Origin: Haplodiscus bocki
Taxonomy: Eukaryota
Reading direction: 5' to 3'
Length of the DNA stretch: 64,000 bases
Assembly (NCBI GenBank): GCA_965655095.1
Contig: OZ296657.1
Location: 60,140,001-60,204,000, forward strand
Every line of letters begins with the position of its first letter. Positions within the stretch are counted from its first letter, which is position 1. Both the position numbers and the translations under genes were made by a program. Under the pieces are notes generated by a model, which did not search any database, was not told the origin of the DNA, and was given only the letters and a program-made list of their open reading frames with translations. Positions 11,011 through 24,350 of the stretch are shown here, in pieces.

Positions 11011-12594
11011 TGTCGCAGTATATCCGCGAAGCCTAGGGGCATAAATAAAGATAACGACATCCCCGGAACGTCAAAAAAATAGAAAAAACTGAACGAAAAA
11101 TTTTAAACTTTTCTATTTCCATTTATATAATAATGTTGCAGTCATATATCAACGCCTTTATATGTAGTTGATACGTATCAAACACGTATCACTCCTCAGT
11201 AAATGTTCATGTAACTTCTAGGTAATTTTTAAGTAGCACTCCCGTGTACTGATCCAAATTGGGACGGAACTGTTACGGAACGGACACGTGTCTACCTAGT
11301 AGCTACACTAGGAGTGAAGATTTGATCCGTACGCGTTCCGTCGCCACCGATCTGGTGACGTCACTAGAAATGCAACCAATCCGCTGTGCTATTATGCTGT
11401 GTCAATTTGGACAAATACGGGACGGTTACGTAGCCACCTTTTTCATTCTTCTCAGTAGCACTGCGGCAAGCAGTGCTACAAGCGGTTGCGTAGTCGTTCC
11501 GGAACGCTTTGGCCAAATTTGGGAACCGACCTGTAGTAACGAGCAACGAACTAGGAAAAAGCCTAGTTTTGTTCCAAAAGTGGATTTATTCGATGCAACA
11601 TTATTTCCAAACATGTAATTATGATTTTCTATGATTCTTTTGGTGTATTTTACCTAACTTTGGTGCATTATTTAATTCTTTCTTCTTTTGGAAAATCTTT
11701 CTGATCATTTGTTTATGTTATTATTTATTGTGTCGGCGCGGGAATAAGCACTTTGATATCCATTTCCGACTAATCAGACCCGTATATTTTCCCTCGAAAG
11801 ATGGAAAAAACGCGGTCTGCAAAGGAAGAAATGGACGGATTGGTGTTTCTTTCCCGCCAGAGTCGGCATATTTCCTTTGTAATTATTATGACTAAAGTAC
11901 TTTTCCCTACATTGTACCTTTACTTGGCGTGTAAACAATTACGTTTCCGCCATGGAAAAGGTATATATAGGAGAAATGAAAGTACTAGAAAGAAGATTCG
12001 CAATATCATTTTCATTATCAGTTGCTTGTACTGATTGCGCCTAGTTGTTTATTCTAAAGAATCACATTTTTTTGTTATAATCTCAATTTGATTAACAAAT
12101 GAAAACTAATTCAGTCTTCATAACTCCGTAGCATTTTCCCTTCAAAAAAATGGCAACATTGAGAAACAAACGAAAGTTGGCAGCCGTTACAAGAGAAACA
12201 CAGAAGGAACATCCTAGGAACGGCGAGTCACGAAACACGTCCTTTACCAGAATTAACGAGGAATCTATCAAACAAATTTATGAGGAGATTGAAAGCAGAG
12301 TCACTAAAAAACTTTCACAGGAGTTCAGCAGGACAGAGTCCCGCATTTTAGGTGCTCTGTATAAATTAGACGAATTTCTCTTGAACCCACAGATACGAAC
12401 GCACTCCGGAACAGTTCCGGGAACATTCCGAAACACAAACGTGGAAAACTAGCGAACGAAATAGGATGACCCCCAGAGTGATCCTCATCCTGAAGCAGGC
12501 ATCTTCCGCAGCCACACTACACAAAACTCTGGTCCAGAAGTTGGCCGCAACATGGTGACAAGAGTTCAGAAAGAGAGTCTCTGCGGACATGACA
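11011..12594 (+). repeat. LTR of a second copy of the Gypsy family (3' LTR by PPT); end at 12552 or 12594
   Basis: TG start after the PPT. Homologous to 8016-9735 in the opposite orientation. Contains gag N-terminal ORF 12150-12452. CA|TGGTGACAAGAGT at 12551-12565, then a second CATGACA ending at 12594. Confidence 0.85.
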
Positions 12595-14539
12595 TTATCG
12601 GTGAATTTCACTAGAGTCTCAGTAAGGGTCGTAAAAGTCAAATGTTTTAGGCGAGATTCAAAGCTGAAAAGTATTTAATGAAAAGTTTTTGGCATCTTTT
12701 TTGGAGAAAAACTTCAAACTTTTCCAAAATTAGACAAAATCAGGGTAATCATAACTTTTTAGTTATTGGTCCGATTTTGAAACAAAAAACACTAGTGAAA
12801 TCTTATGAGTAATATAAGGAAATTTTGGTTTAATTGTTTTTATGTAAAATTGCTGTGGTTTATGAAATTAGCCTTCCAACTTTCCTAAATATTGCTTTGA
12901 GAGTTTACTCAATTAAATCAGCACTTTAGTTGCTGAACTGTAATTTTTGAGGCGTAATTTTCTAAATCGATCTAAATTGTTTCAAATTGAAGTTTCAGAA
13001 GTCTGAAATCGTCTAATACCATTTGTGTAAAATGTTTTGATAATTTATGAACACCAAAGATTAAATCCTTCAATATAAACTCTATATAACAGTCAGTCAT
13101 TTTGATACAAAAAAATCTATAGTGAAATCTAACTAAGAAAAATAACGTTAAAAAGTAGATACTTATTGTTTCCATGACTTCTCAGATTTTTAAGGCTGAT
13201 TTTCAGTTGTTGATATTTTGACCTCCGCAGATGGTCATTTGGAAGATTAGAATTGTATTACAATCAAAAAAGATCGTTTTACAAAATAATGTTTCAATCA
13301 AGTGCACGTGTTTTTGTCCTAGGAGAATTTGGGGAAAGAAATTTTGATTTGCAACTCAGAAAAGTCAGCATAGTAAAAAATACATATTTTTTCTGTTAAT
13401 CAACAAAATCTTTTGTTTTCCCTGCATCTTTTTATTCTTTTCTTTCTTTTCTCTTTTTCTTTTCTTTTTTTTCTTTTCTTCATTTTATCTTTTCTTTTTA
13501 TTCATGCTTGGACTCTTGTTCGCTTGACAAGTTCTTGGAATATCTTGAATATCTTGAGTTTGTGGGTTTGTTGACATAATTTCACCGATTAGTTGCAAAG
13601 CAATTTGTAAGTTCACAAAAAGATTCCAAGCAGTGGGCAACCATTTTTTTTCTATTAAATGCGTTTTGTATTGTGTTCTAAATAACTTTTAGAAATGAAG
13701 GAATGCTTAAGCCTTCCTTGAACAGTTTTAGGGTGAGAGATGCAAAGCTATAAACGCCCTTGGCGCGTCAAAAAGTTGAGCAACGAGCTTCTTTCTCGTT
13801 GGTTGGAAGTCTCTGAATCCAGAGTTTTAAACTTCCCTTGTTCACTCTGACTTACCACGACCATTGATAATAATTTCACAAAAGGTGAGGACAGTGTTCC
13901 ACTGTTCAATCTTTGTGAAAGATCCAATTGCCCCTGAAGCACAGGGAGTTGAGGACCATTCTCCTTGTTGAGTGGGCCCAACTATTCCACATTGAATACA
14001 GTTGGATTTCGCGTCGTCACAAGTGCTAATTTTGATACCCTGTAGTCTTTCTCCTGAAGTAAGAAAAACGTAAGAGAAAACAACAAGCCAATAATCGCTG
14101 GAGTCGGCTTACAACAAGACATCACAATCTCAGAAGAAGAAGATTGTGATCGAAGGAACAAGATCATTTTCAGAGACGATGATTTATGTGACAGAGTTGT
14201 TTATCATGACTTCGGGTGGATTTTAAAACTCGGTTGAATGCATTGAAACGAAAGTAATTACCGATTTAGTCCCGCAGAATCTGCAGAATGCGCTAAAATG
14301 ACAAGCTTGACTAAAAATGGTGGTCCTTTCCATCCGTCATTTCTTTTTCAGTTTCCATCCGATTTTGATGGAATAAAAGAGTTTTTCATCAAAATCGAAA
14401 AAATCTATGGATGATTTTTAGCAAGCTCATCAAGCTTTCAAGAAATTTTTGGTTCCAAAATGTTTTCCCAAGTTTTTGAGCTTTGAAACTCCTAATTTTT
14501 ATGGGAGTTGACTAAATTAAAATCACTACTGTAGGTTCA

Positions 14540-14874
14540 TTTAGATTTAATTGGTGTCCATCTGTCTTTTGCGCATCAAAAACACTTCGATGTTAACTAA
14601 TTGGCTAACCGCAGCAATCTCCTCTGTTCAGGAGATCAACAGAAACCACTTCTGCAAGAACGTGTTGGAAATAGGCGAAGCCGTATTGGTAGGAGTCACT
14701 GCAGAAACAGTAATTGAAATGAGTATCGTATATTCCATCGATAGCGTTACCTATTACAGGGTTAGAAGTGTGATATATCGGACTGTGTTCTGACGCAGTC
14801 AGAGCAAGATTTCTGGTGGCGAGAGGTTTCGAAATCAATGAGACTGAAACAGAACAGTGTTGTTGACTGACCAT
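14540..14874 (-). pseudogene. F-type lectin (fucolectin-like) domain, disabled
   Basis: RNLALTASEHSPIYH…NAIDG…CFCS…VDLLNRGDCCG carries the NLAL, AIDG and RGDCC motifs. It is followed by a stop/frameshift, after which QLVNIEVFL continues in another frame. Confidence 0.75.
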
Positions 14875-15623
14875 GTTCTGTTGGTTACATGGCTTTTAGC
14901 AAACACCTATAAAAATTAATATGCTGACAAAAACTGGGTTTTTGCTCGATGACATTTTCAAATCATTTCTATTAATTTTCCGGGTTTCCCCACCCAGTCC
15001 AGTCATCGTCTGGAGATAGAGTGAACCATAATAAAATAAAACATAATCGTATGTTAAAAGGTCTTGAAGCATAAATAGCATAGAATATAACCAATTCGAA
15101 ATCATGCCCTGACACAGCTTATGACTGAACTGGAATTGTTTTTACATCGCAATTGCCCCAGATGATTACGAGCAGCAGATAAAGTCGACAAGTAAGGAAA
15201 ACCGAGTCCTTATGTGTTGAGGGCTCGCACTTATTTTGAGACCCATAAGAAACTGATCTCTAGTACAAACTGTCTGGAGCTTTTTGGCAACAAAAATATT
15301 TCAAATAGTTCTCATAATTTTATCAATTGATCTACGGACGAATACCTCGAAATGTAGACCAAGTTTATGGAATCGATAACTGCTATCTTAAAACTTTAAC
15401 CCTTGAAGTTCACAGTAGCTGCAAAGGCTGCTTAGGTCTTAGATAATATTTAAGCGTTTGGCCTGTGGGTCCTAATTGCACTTTTCCGACGAAAAAAATT
15501 CACGGGGAAAATTGTCAGTTCAGTAGTCGGAGTTTTTTTTTCCTTTTCCTGCAATTGACCATGACGCGCAAACTTCGTGTCTGCAGAATCGTTGGCGACT
15601 TGCAAATTACATTTGTGCGGTGG

Positions 15624-17095
15624 CGAATCATGCCTCATCTGGGACTGAATTCATAGATTGGGGTGACAGATAGATGAAGGCACCTACTTCAGGAAGAAGA
15701 TCATTCTAGGAACGGTCTTCGTTTGGTTCCTAGTATTTTGTGTTAGAATTCAGGGTTGTTACTGGAAAAGGCGTGTGATTTCAGAAGAAAATCCTATAAC
15801 TTGGACAGAGAGCCCGGAACTCGGCTCTCTGTCCTTTTGAACTCCTGGGACCCTTTTTGTTTGTCACGCTGCTTTCTATCTCTTCTGACACCTGAATGAT
15901 GTAGTCCTCGTTCATTTCAGGAAAAGCTGTGTTTTGTGACTGGCTGTTCCTAGAGTATTCTCCCGGGCCTTCTCTAGCAACTTCTGCCAATTTGTTTTTG
16001 CTCCTCAGTGATGCCATTTTGAAGACAAAGACAATCGGATAGTGTTTAGAACTGGAATTTTTTTCTAATTTTGGTTCCAATTCGAGAGGAAACATAAATG
16101 TATAATATCTTAAGTCAAAATTGAAGCCACCAGTAACAACCAGAACAATTAATTCTTAAATTATTTGAACCTTAGTTTCTCCGATATACACCCTTTCCTT
16201 GGCGGGAAACATAATTGCTTACACGCCTAGTCAGAATATAAAGTAGCGAAAAATAATTTAAACATAATATTTACAAAATGAAAATGCCGACTCAGGCTGG
16301 AATTAGAACAGTTTTCTATCCATTTCCTTTCTCATTGGCCGAGTAGTCTCCATCTTTTGACAGAAAACTAAATCGTCGGAATTGAAAATCGAAGTGTTTA
16401 ATCCCGCGCTGACATCTGATATAGTAACAAAAACAATAGACGAAAGGCTTTCAATTTTTGGAAAAAAAAAACAAAAAGAATGTGCAGAAGAGTGATACAG
16501 CTGAGGAAAAAGTGTTATTAACAGCTGACTATGGTGATTGCATGTTTCACACAAAGAAGAAAAACTGTGCTGGTTCAAAACGGAACAATGGTAAAAGTGG
16601 AGAAAATCTAGGTGGAAACTAGCAGCGTTCCTAGTCTGTTCCTCATTTTACACAATCCGGAACGGCCTGATTTTCGATTTTAGCGCTGCTGAGAGTGGTA
16701 TTACCATGAGGCGAGAAAGAGTGAATTGGGAATTGTTCCGTAATTGGCTTTCCCAACACGGCCTGCTAAAATATTAATCTTTAATACTGACTGAATTGAC
16801 TGTGACGTCACAGGACTAGTAGCGACGATACACGTACGAACAAATACTCACTCCTAGACTCTATTTCGCTAGGCCACAGTTGCACTATAATTAATTCAAG
16901 GACAAGGTCAATTTAGTTGACTTTACAGCACTGTAGAAACACACAATCATACTCACGGATTACTTTACATGTTAAAGAAAAAGGAGTGTAATTGAATTTT
17001 CAAAGTGAAAAGCCAAGTTTCAGTTTACAGCGAGTCGTAGGATGTGCTTCTCATTGGTACTGGCTGCCCGCAGGTTCCGAAAATAAGATACGACA
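15624..17095 (-). repeat. Solo LTR of the same Gypsy family with a 4-5 bp target-site duplication
   Basis: Starts TGTCG on the minus strand at 17095, contains the gag N-terminus (MASLRSKNKL…) and the gtgacgtcac block. Flanked by ggtg(g) at 15619-15623 and ggtg(a) at 17096-17100. Excising it restores continuity with copy B of the host element. Confidence 0.8.
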
Positions 17096-17519
17096 GGTGA
17101 CAACGTGCATCGGTAACCCACAAGCAACGGTCTTGAATTTCGTTATCCGCTTTGATTGTTACATTGTTTTGGATACTCGTTAACATTTTCCCACTTTTTG
17201 AAAACAAAAACAAAAGAAAAGAACGGGGAGTTTTCGATTGAAAGTTTTCCGATAAGTAGTCGCTTTGTCTTCACGAAAAATATCCGTTTTCCGACGTACA
17301 TAAAACGAATTGTTCTTTTTTGAACATTTTGAAAAAGTTTTGCAAAATGATTTGGTTTCTTCGAACCAAACTTTTCATACTTTTTATATCAGATTTCAAA
17401 ACAAAATTACAAATGCAAGTAAACGATTCCTTCTGCATTTTTATATTAGTTTTTTTTCTCCGCTACCTCTGTGGTGAAACAAAACTTAGTTACTCCGAAA
17501 GACTTCTGTAAGAAGCCAT

Positions 17520-20500
17520 TGTTCTGTGATACCCAAACTGGGAGATGCCAAACAGCGCAAATAGTATTAATTATCCATGATGATAAAACTCATTTTTCTT
17601 GAGAAATGTACTATTCAATTCTTTCACCTAGGGTTCTTTCGAAATTTTTTTAACTTTCATAAGAATGTTCTCCTGAAAAGCAATGATTTTGTTCTCTGCA
17701 TCAGAATCCTGGAAGACCGGAAAAAACTACAAAGTGGCATTATTTTTGAAAAATCTCGTTTTGCATTTTTTTAGCTCCCTTTTGGCTTGTTCAACTGGCT
17801 TCATTGCTTCCATCAGTTTTTAAACAACGTTTTCGACTGTTTGAAAGGCTGTTCAAGTGAAAGGTTTTCCGACTAGTTTCCTGGCGTCTGAATGCTGATT
17901 ATTGAAATAACTGAATTAACAAAATAAAATGCGCTTTCTTTACATCAATCTCGTTCTTCAAACTCATAGTTCATATTAAACACAGGTTTATTTCGTTCCA
18001 TGAAATTCTGAATTGAAAGATTACAATTTGGGGCAAACTGGTCGGTTTTAAAGTTACTGTTTTTGTTGCTTCCACAAGAACCTAATAGCGAAGAATCACA
18101 TTAAGGTGCTAATACTATTGATTTACATCGATGAACCAGCTCTTGCATCTCCGTATCTGCTGGGGGCTTCTTTTAATCAAGGTTGAAATCGGAAACTCAG
18201 TTTTTTATGAGGGTGATCAGCTGAAGAATCCATGACTCTGTTCTTGCCATCAGAACCCTGACCGTCTGAAGGTTGCAAGTTAAAAATGAATGGTCTCCTT
18301 GTTCAAACTCAAGCTCCTGCATAACTAGAGGCTTGATTTTTCCATAAAAATTTCAGTCAAAAACAGTAGTTCAGGAAGGTCCATTTGAAAACCATCAGTA
18401 ATGAGCTATACATCATTACCCTGGTGGTTCAAAAAGCCAAGAAACTGACGGGGGTTGACATATCTCCACATAGAAAACCTTGTTCCTTCTTAACTAAAAA
18501 AAATACGATCTAATGAGGATACATTTGACGAGTTTCTGGTCCTAAAAATGTTCTTGACCAAAAAGATCATGGAATTTAATCACTGAGTTCCATTTTAGCC
18601 AACTCGAAAATGCCAAGAAGACTTGTTTTGGCTTCAACATTTTGTCGACAATCCAAATTGTTCAGCTCCCCAATCATAAACGTGAAAGGTTACTTCAAGG
18701 TTTCGATCGAACTATTTAAATGTGTGAGAAACTAGGTGAATGAAAAATCAATACTTTCGTTCGAGGCAGCCGAATCCCTCTAGTCTGAGAATTCCAAAGA
18801 GTCCACAAACTTATTGATTTTCAACCAAATTAAAACGCATATTTCCCGGAACTACAAACTTTACTCTACCAATCAAGCTCGCTATCTGAAAATGTATGTT
18901 CTTCCTCGAGTTGTCAATTTGAAATTTATTGGTTTTTGTAAGTGCATCGGAATACCGACTATCTGAAAATTCCCAAAATTGTCTTTGTTTTTGATTCATC
19001 TCAACTTTTGAGCGCATAATCTTCGGTTTTTGCCATCAACATCTCAAAACTTCAGAAGAGTATTGCGTCAGAAAAAACTGATTTGGTTCTTTGCATCAGA
19101 GACATTATGGCTTGAAAGCTCCAAAAAGTGCAAATGAAAGATGCTTATCCCTGTATTCAAAGTAACTTTTCCCTGTAAATTCGGGCTTCATTTTCTCCAT
19201 CATGGTCTCAGTCGGAAACTTCTCACTTTTAAAGTCGTGCTCAACTGAGTAAACATCACTTTTTACTCCTTGCATTAGGTTCACAAACACCAGCTAAACG
19301 AAATTTTTTTAACAGTTTCGTACAAAACTCAATTTTTAGACCCTTATCGTCCAGTTAAAATTAGCATGTTTTCTCCCAATGATTTCTCAAATCAGACTTT
19401 CAACCTTGTGGCGGCGTAAGTTTTTGAAAACTTTTGGTCTGGATAACGAAATGGTGTTCTGGATCATACGAAGTTCTAAGAATACGCTAAAGACGTTGAT
19501 TTATCTCCAGAATCCAACTCATACAACGTTACAGTTCCGAGTTTTGTTTCCTATATCGAACTCTTATTGGGATTTTTTCGTTCTTGCCGGAAAAACTGAC
19601 ATGAAAAAGATTGAATTTGATCTTTGCATTGGAATTTTGATGGGAAAACCTTCCTAAATAATAAAAAAGTTTTGATTCATCTCGACATGCAATTCAATAA
19701 TTTCCGTATCTACAAGCTTCAGCTTTTCCACCAACACCACAATCGAAAGCTTTAAAAATGTAGGGAAAAATTCGATTGAAGGAACATTTGTTTTTCTCCA
19801 CATCGGATTTTGATCGTCCGAATGTTCTAAGAAGTGCCATTAAAAAACTGATTAGTCTCGGTAATCGAATTTGTTTTTCATTCAAATCGTCAGACATCAT
19901 TTCTTTCATCAAGGTTTCTTTCTTGGGGGAACTACTTGATTTGAAATTGATTGATTCTCTTCTTCGCTTTGAAATGCTGATATATCGAATCTCCCCAAAT
20001 GTGCTATTAGTCTCTTTTCATCTCGCCATTCAAACTCATCTTTTTCATACCTACAGCTTTGATTTCCTCCAACCAGGTCCCAACAAAAGCCTTACACTTA
20101 TAAACGAGTAAACATATTAAAAATCAAAGCTTTTTTCTCTGGAACCAGAGTGCGTATAGACCGAGAAGTCCAAAAGTGCTATTTTTAGAGAAGAAATCTC
20201 AGTAATTCAACTTACTATTGTCCGTAACTACCAGCTTTAATTCTTTCATCAAACAATAGCCTTAAACTTTTGAGAAAAAAGTCACTAGAGAAATCATAAA
20301 CGTATTTTCCTGCAACAAAATTATGACAGTTCGAAACCCGGAGAAAGTTTTTTGTGAAAAATGTTATCTTGATTTTTGAATTCAACTTCCTCCGTAACTA
20401 AAAGCTCGATATCTTCTATCAAAATCTCAATCAGCAGCTTCATATTTGTAGAAGGACGTTCGAATAAAAGTTCTCAATGACATCTTCCTTGCATCATGTC

Positions 20501-23500
20501 CCAATGAACCGGGTAATGAAAGATGTGCCGATGGTTTTGCACAAACCTCATTTTCAGAGTATTTTTCTAGGTATCTGTTGGATTGCCTTATCTCATTGAA
20601 ATTTGAATCAAAATTTTCAAACATGGGGGTTGCTGAGGATTTGAAACATTGTCGTTTATGATCCTGAAAAGGGCAATTTGACGCTTCGAAAGTTTTCAAA
20701 AAAGCTGAAAACATTGATTTACCTGAAAAAAACCAGTTTTCCCATAACTAGAGGTTTCCTTTCCTATATCAAAGATTCAAGGTCTCAATCGGGAGCATCT
20801 TACTTAAAAAGGCGTGCTTTTTTCAGAAATAACCATTTTTCCCTCAGGTTGTGACACAGCGGTTAAACGAAAAAATGCCAGTAGTTTCAAACAAATCTCA
20901 GATTTCAGAAACTTATCGATCCGTTAAAAAGGGCTGTTTTTACTCCATCCACTTCTCAATCACAAACTTCATTTATATAGAGGCCCAAATTAATGAAACA
21001 TTGTCACTCTGGATACTGGCATGCGTTTCTTGATGATTTGCAATTCACGAAACGTGTTGAAAAAAGTATAACTATCTCCTCTCCTTAATTCAATTCATTG
21101 TTCCGTCAACTCCGGGTTTCATTTTCTGCCTCAAGATCTCAATGAAAAACCTGAAGTCTTTGGTGGATGAATTGTCATTAAAGAGAATGGTTTTGATATT
21201 TGCATTGGAGATCTGACGTCCAGAATTTCCCAACTGTGTTTTGATACAGGTTCAACTCGATGTTCAGAAAAATTTTGTCCGGAATTACAGGTACAATCTT
21301 TTTCATCAAGGTCCGAACCAAAAGCCTCAAACTTTTGAGAAAATTATCATTAGGATAACCATTGACTTTGTTCCTCGCAGCAGAAACACATAATTGATGA
21401 AAACCAAAAGTGCAAACAAATTTGACTCCCATCGATAATCAAACCCATGTTTTCCCTAACCACAAGCTTTTCTACTTCCATCAAGTTATCAATCCAACAA
21501 TTTTTGTTTTTGTCGATTTGTTCGAATTGAAAAAATTTGATTCCGATAAAAGCAACGGAATGCCGACTGTACCAAAAATCTCAAAAGTGCTATTTATTTT
21601 GATTCAACTCTCAAATCGACATTCGAAGGAAGTTTTTTTCCGTGACTTCAGTAAACAACTTAATCGAAATCTTTCCAAATCTAGAGAAATGTTCGATTGC
21701 AAAATCCCAGACATTATCCCCCACATCATATTTTTGATGGCTCGAGAAATCCATGAAGTTATTTCAAGCGAGGCTCATATCGGTAGTCAAACTCATGTTT
21801 TTCAGTAGTTACAGGCCTCACTTCCTCCATCGAGGCTTCAATTGAACAATATATGCTTCTAGTAGGCCAATAACTTCCAACTAGACTGATTTTGATCCTT
21901 GGATCAGATTCATGACTTTCCAAAAACTCCCAGCCATGCAAATGTTATTGGATCTTTTCCATATGCGACCACTTTAACTTGCCTAACTTCAGGTATGATT
22001 TTTTCATCATTGTCTCAAACGAAAGCCTTGGAAAAGTGAGATGGCTCATTGAAAGGTCATTCTTTCCCGGCAGCAGAAAATCGGTAGTCCAAAAAGTCCA
22101 AAAAAGGTGAATAATTTTAACTCATATTGATAAATAAACTCATGCTTTTGCGAAACCACAAACTTTTTTGATTCTATCGAGTCTTCCATCAAAAAACTTC
22201 TGTTTTGGCTGAGGTATTTGATTTGAAAATGGTTGATTTTGATACGTGCATCGGAATTCAGACTGTCCAAAAGACCCCGTAATTTCTAATATAAGCGATT
22301 CCTCTCGACTGTCGGACTCATATTCTTCTGTAACTTCCATCAATAACTCAATCCAAAACCTCACATTTTTAGAGGAGTAGTTGATCGAAAACTTATTGAC
22401 AGTATCCCCTGCATCAGACTCGTGAAGGCTCTTGATTTCCAAACAAGTGCTTTAAAACTGTGGTTATCTCAGTATTCAACCGCACATTTTCCCGTAATTA
22501 CAGGTTTCCTTTCCTCCATCAAGGCTTCAATCGAACCCCATCTGCTTCTGGCAGACTAGTCAAGTTGAAAAGAGTGATTCAGTTCCTTATATGTGAGTCT
22601 TGGTAGTCCGAAGGTTCCCAATCAAGCTAATAATATTGATTCATCATAAAAATCGAACACAATAATTTTCACCATTTCCTTCTTGACTTTTTCCATCAAC
22701 ACCTCAAATGAAAATCACTCAAATGCACGCAGACAATTTTTTGAATACCGTTGATTTTTTTGCTGCATTACAACTTGACGGTCTCAGTATTCCCAGAATT
22801 GCTTTTAAAAACTATTTATTTCTGCCATCAAGCGCACCTTTTTTGTGACTGCACGTCTAATTTTTCTACCAAGATCTGATTGGAAAGTGTTTCAATTGTA
22901 GAGGTATAATTTACCGAAAAATCACTGTCTTTTTTGTCTTGTGCATCGGACTCTTGTTGGTTCAAAAATTCAAAATTGTGCTTTGGAACTAAACTCATCT
23001 CGGTGTCCAAACTCAATTTTTTTCCGTAGGTGTAGCTTTCATTTCTCCCGTCAATCTCAGAGTCTAAAGCTTTATGATTTTGGAGGACCATTCCATTGAG
23101 AAACAATGCCTTTGTTGTTTTGGATGAGAGTTTAAATGGTACGATTTTTCCAACAATAGCAATTAGAAACGATTTGTTTCAGTTTTCAAAGTCCTAGTTT
23201 ATGCGTAACTGCAGGCCCAAATTCTTCTATGAGGTTTTCAACTGAAAACATTCTCTTTTTCGTGGACTACTTGATTTAAAAACGGTTGGTTTGGTTCCTT
23301 GCATCGGAATCATGAAACACCAATTTTTCTGAAATGTGAAGTCAGAATTGATTCATCTAAGCTCTCACTTCCATTTTAAATGCACTTTCAATGACACCTT
23401 TGATTTTTTTTCAACAAAGTCTTGATTGAAGAATTGTTGTTGACATATAATTCGATTGAAGACTTTTCCTTTTTTTTCGCATCAAACCCTCTCATTCCGA

Positions 23501-24350
23501 ATTTTACCAAAAATGCAAACGAAAAAATTTTTTCCCAATTTCGTAAGCTTCCACAATTACAAGCATTTCTCTTCTATCAACAAACCAATCAGAAACTTCA
23601 TTTCTCTGGGACTACGAAATTTGAAAAGGAATAAATCTGTTGCAAATATCCGAATCTTGACAACTCGAGATACCAAGAAAGTCTTCGAACAATGATTCAC
23701 CTTGATACTCAAATTCGTCTTCGTCTTCCTCGGAAATGGTAGGCTTACTTTTTCTAGTCAAGGTCTCAATCAGACTCTTTCTACCTGCAGCAAATGGTGG
23801 CATAAGAAACGATCAATTCCGTTTTTTTTGCGTTGATATCCCGTTACTGCAAAAAGTGACAATAAAACAGTTCCTTCTCGTTAATCGAAATCACCTTCAT
23901 CTATACTTGCAGGCTGGATATCTCCATCGAAGTCGCAATCAAAACTTCAGATTTTCACAGGAGTTTCGGAACAAAAATTTATCGATGTATTCCATGCATC
24001 AAATCCTTTCACAGTGGGCACACGAACATGTGCCAAAAGTTTTGTACACAGTTCAAATATCAGATTCTTGCTTTTCGGTAATTTCTGACTTGACTTCTCC
24101 CATCAAATTCTCAATCAACAGTTTTAAGCAAGTGCCTGGAGAACCAATGAAGTTCTTGACGTCAAAATCCTGATACACCGAATTTGCGATGATATCTTTT
24201 ATTATTGACTTAATCCGATTTCGAAATTCATATTGCTAAGGAAACACAAGCTTGATTTCCATCTTCAAGATCTCATTCGGAGTCACTCTACTTGTAGAGG
24301 AGTGTTCGATTAACGATCTATAAGCCCGTTTTCTATCGGAATCCAAACCA
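17520..24350 (-). repeat. Highly diverged tandem array, period ~165-180 bp (mode ~177), roughly 39 units
   Basis: Motif cttgcatc(g/a)ga(a/t)tc recurs near 21898, 22067, 22246, 22409, 22585, 22763, 22942, 23120, 23298, 23478, 23645, 23830, 23994, 24170 and 24333, and similarly from ~17700. A second motif ttccatcaag recurs in phase. Confidence 0.8.

Noticed and set aside
11354-11368. TGGTGACGTCACTAG as the primer-binding site
   Set aside because: It lies inside the LTR, ~340 bp from the PPT-defined start. It is better read as a conserved CRE-like palindrome (TGACGTCA) shared by all three LTRs.
13420-13505. Pyrimidine-rich tract
   Set aside because: Simple low-complexity (T/C) sequence.
15463-15470. 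Transib-like CACAGTG terminus for the satellite-bearing element
   Set aside because: Only ctgtg is shared between copies, and no matching opposite TIR or 5-bp TSD is visible.
17520-24350. Array as a CRISPR-like repeat-spacer system
   Set aside because: Similarity extends through the whole unit with several in-phase motifs, so it is a diverged tandem repeat rather than constant repeats with unique spacers.
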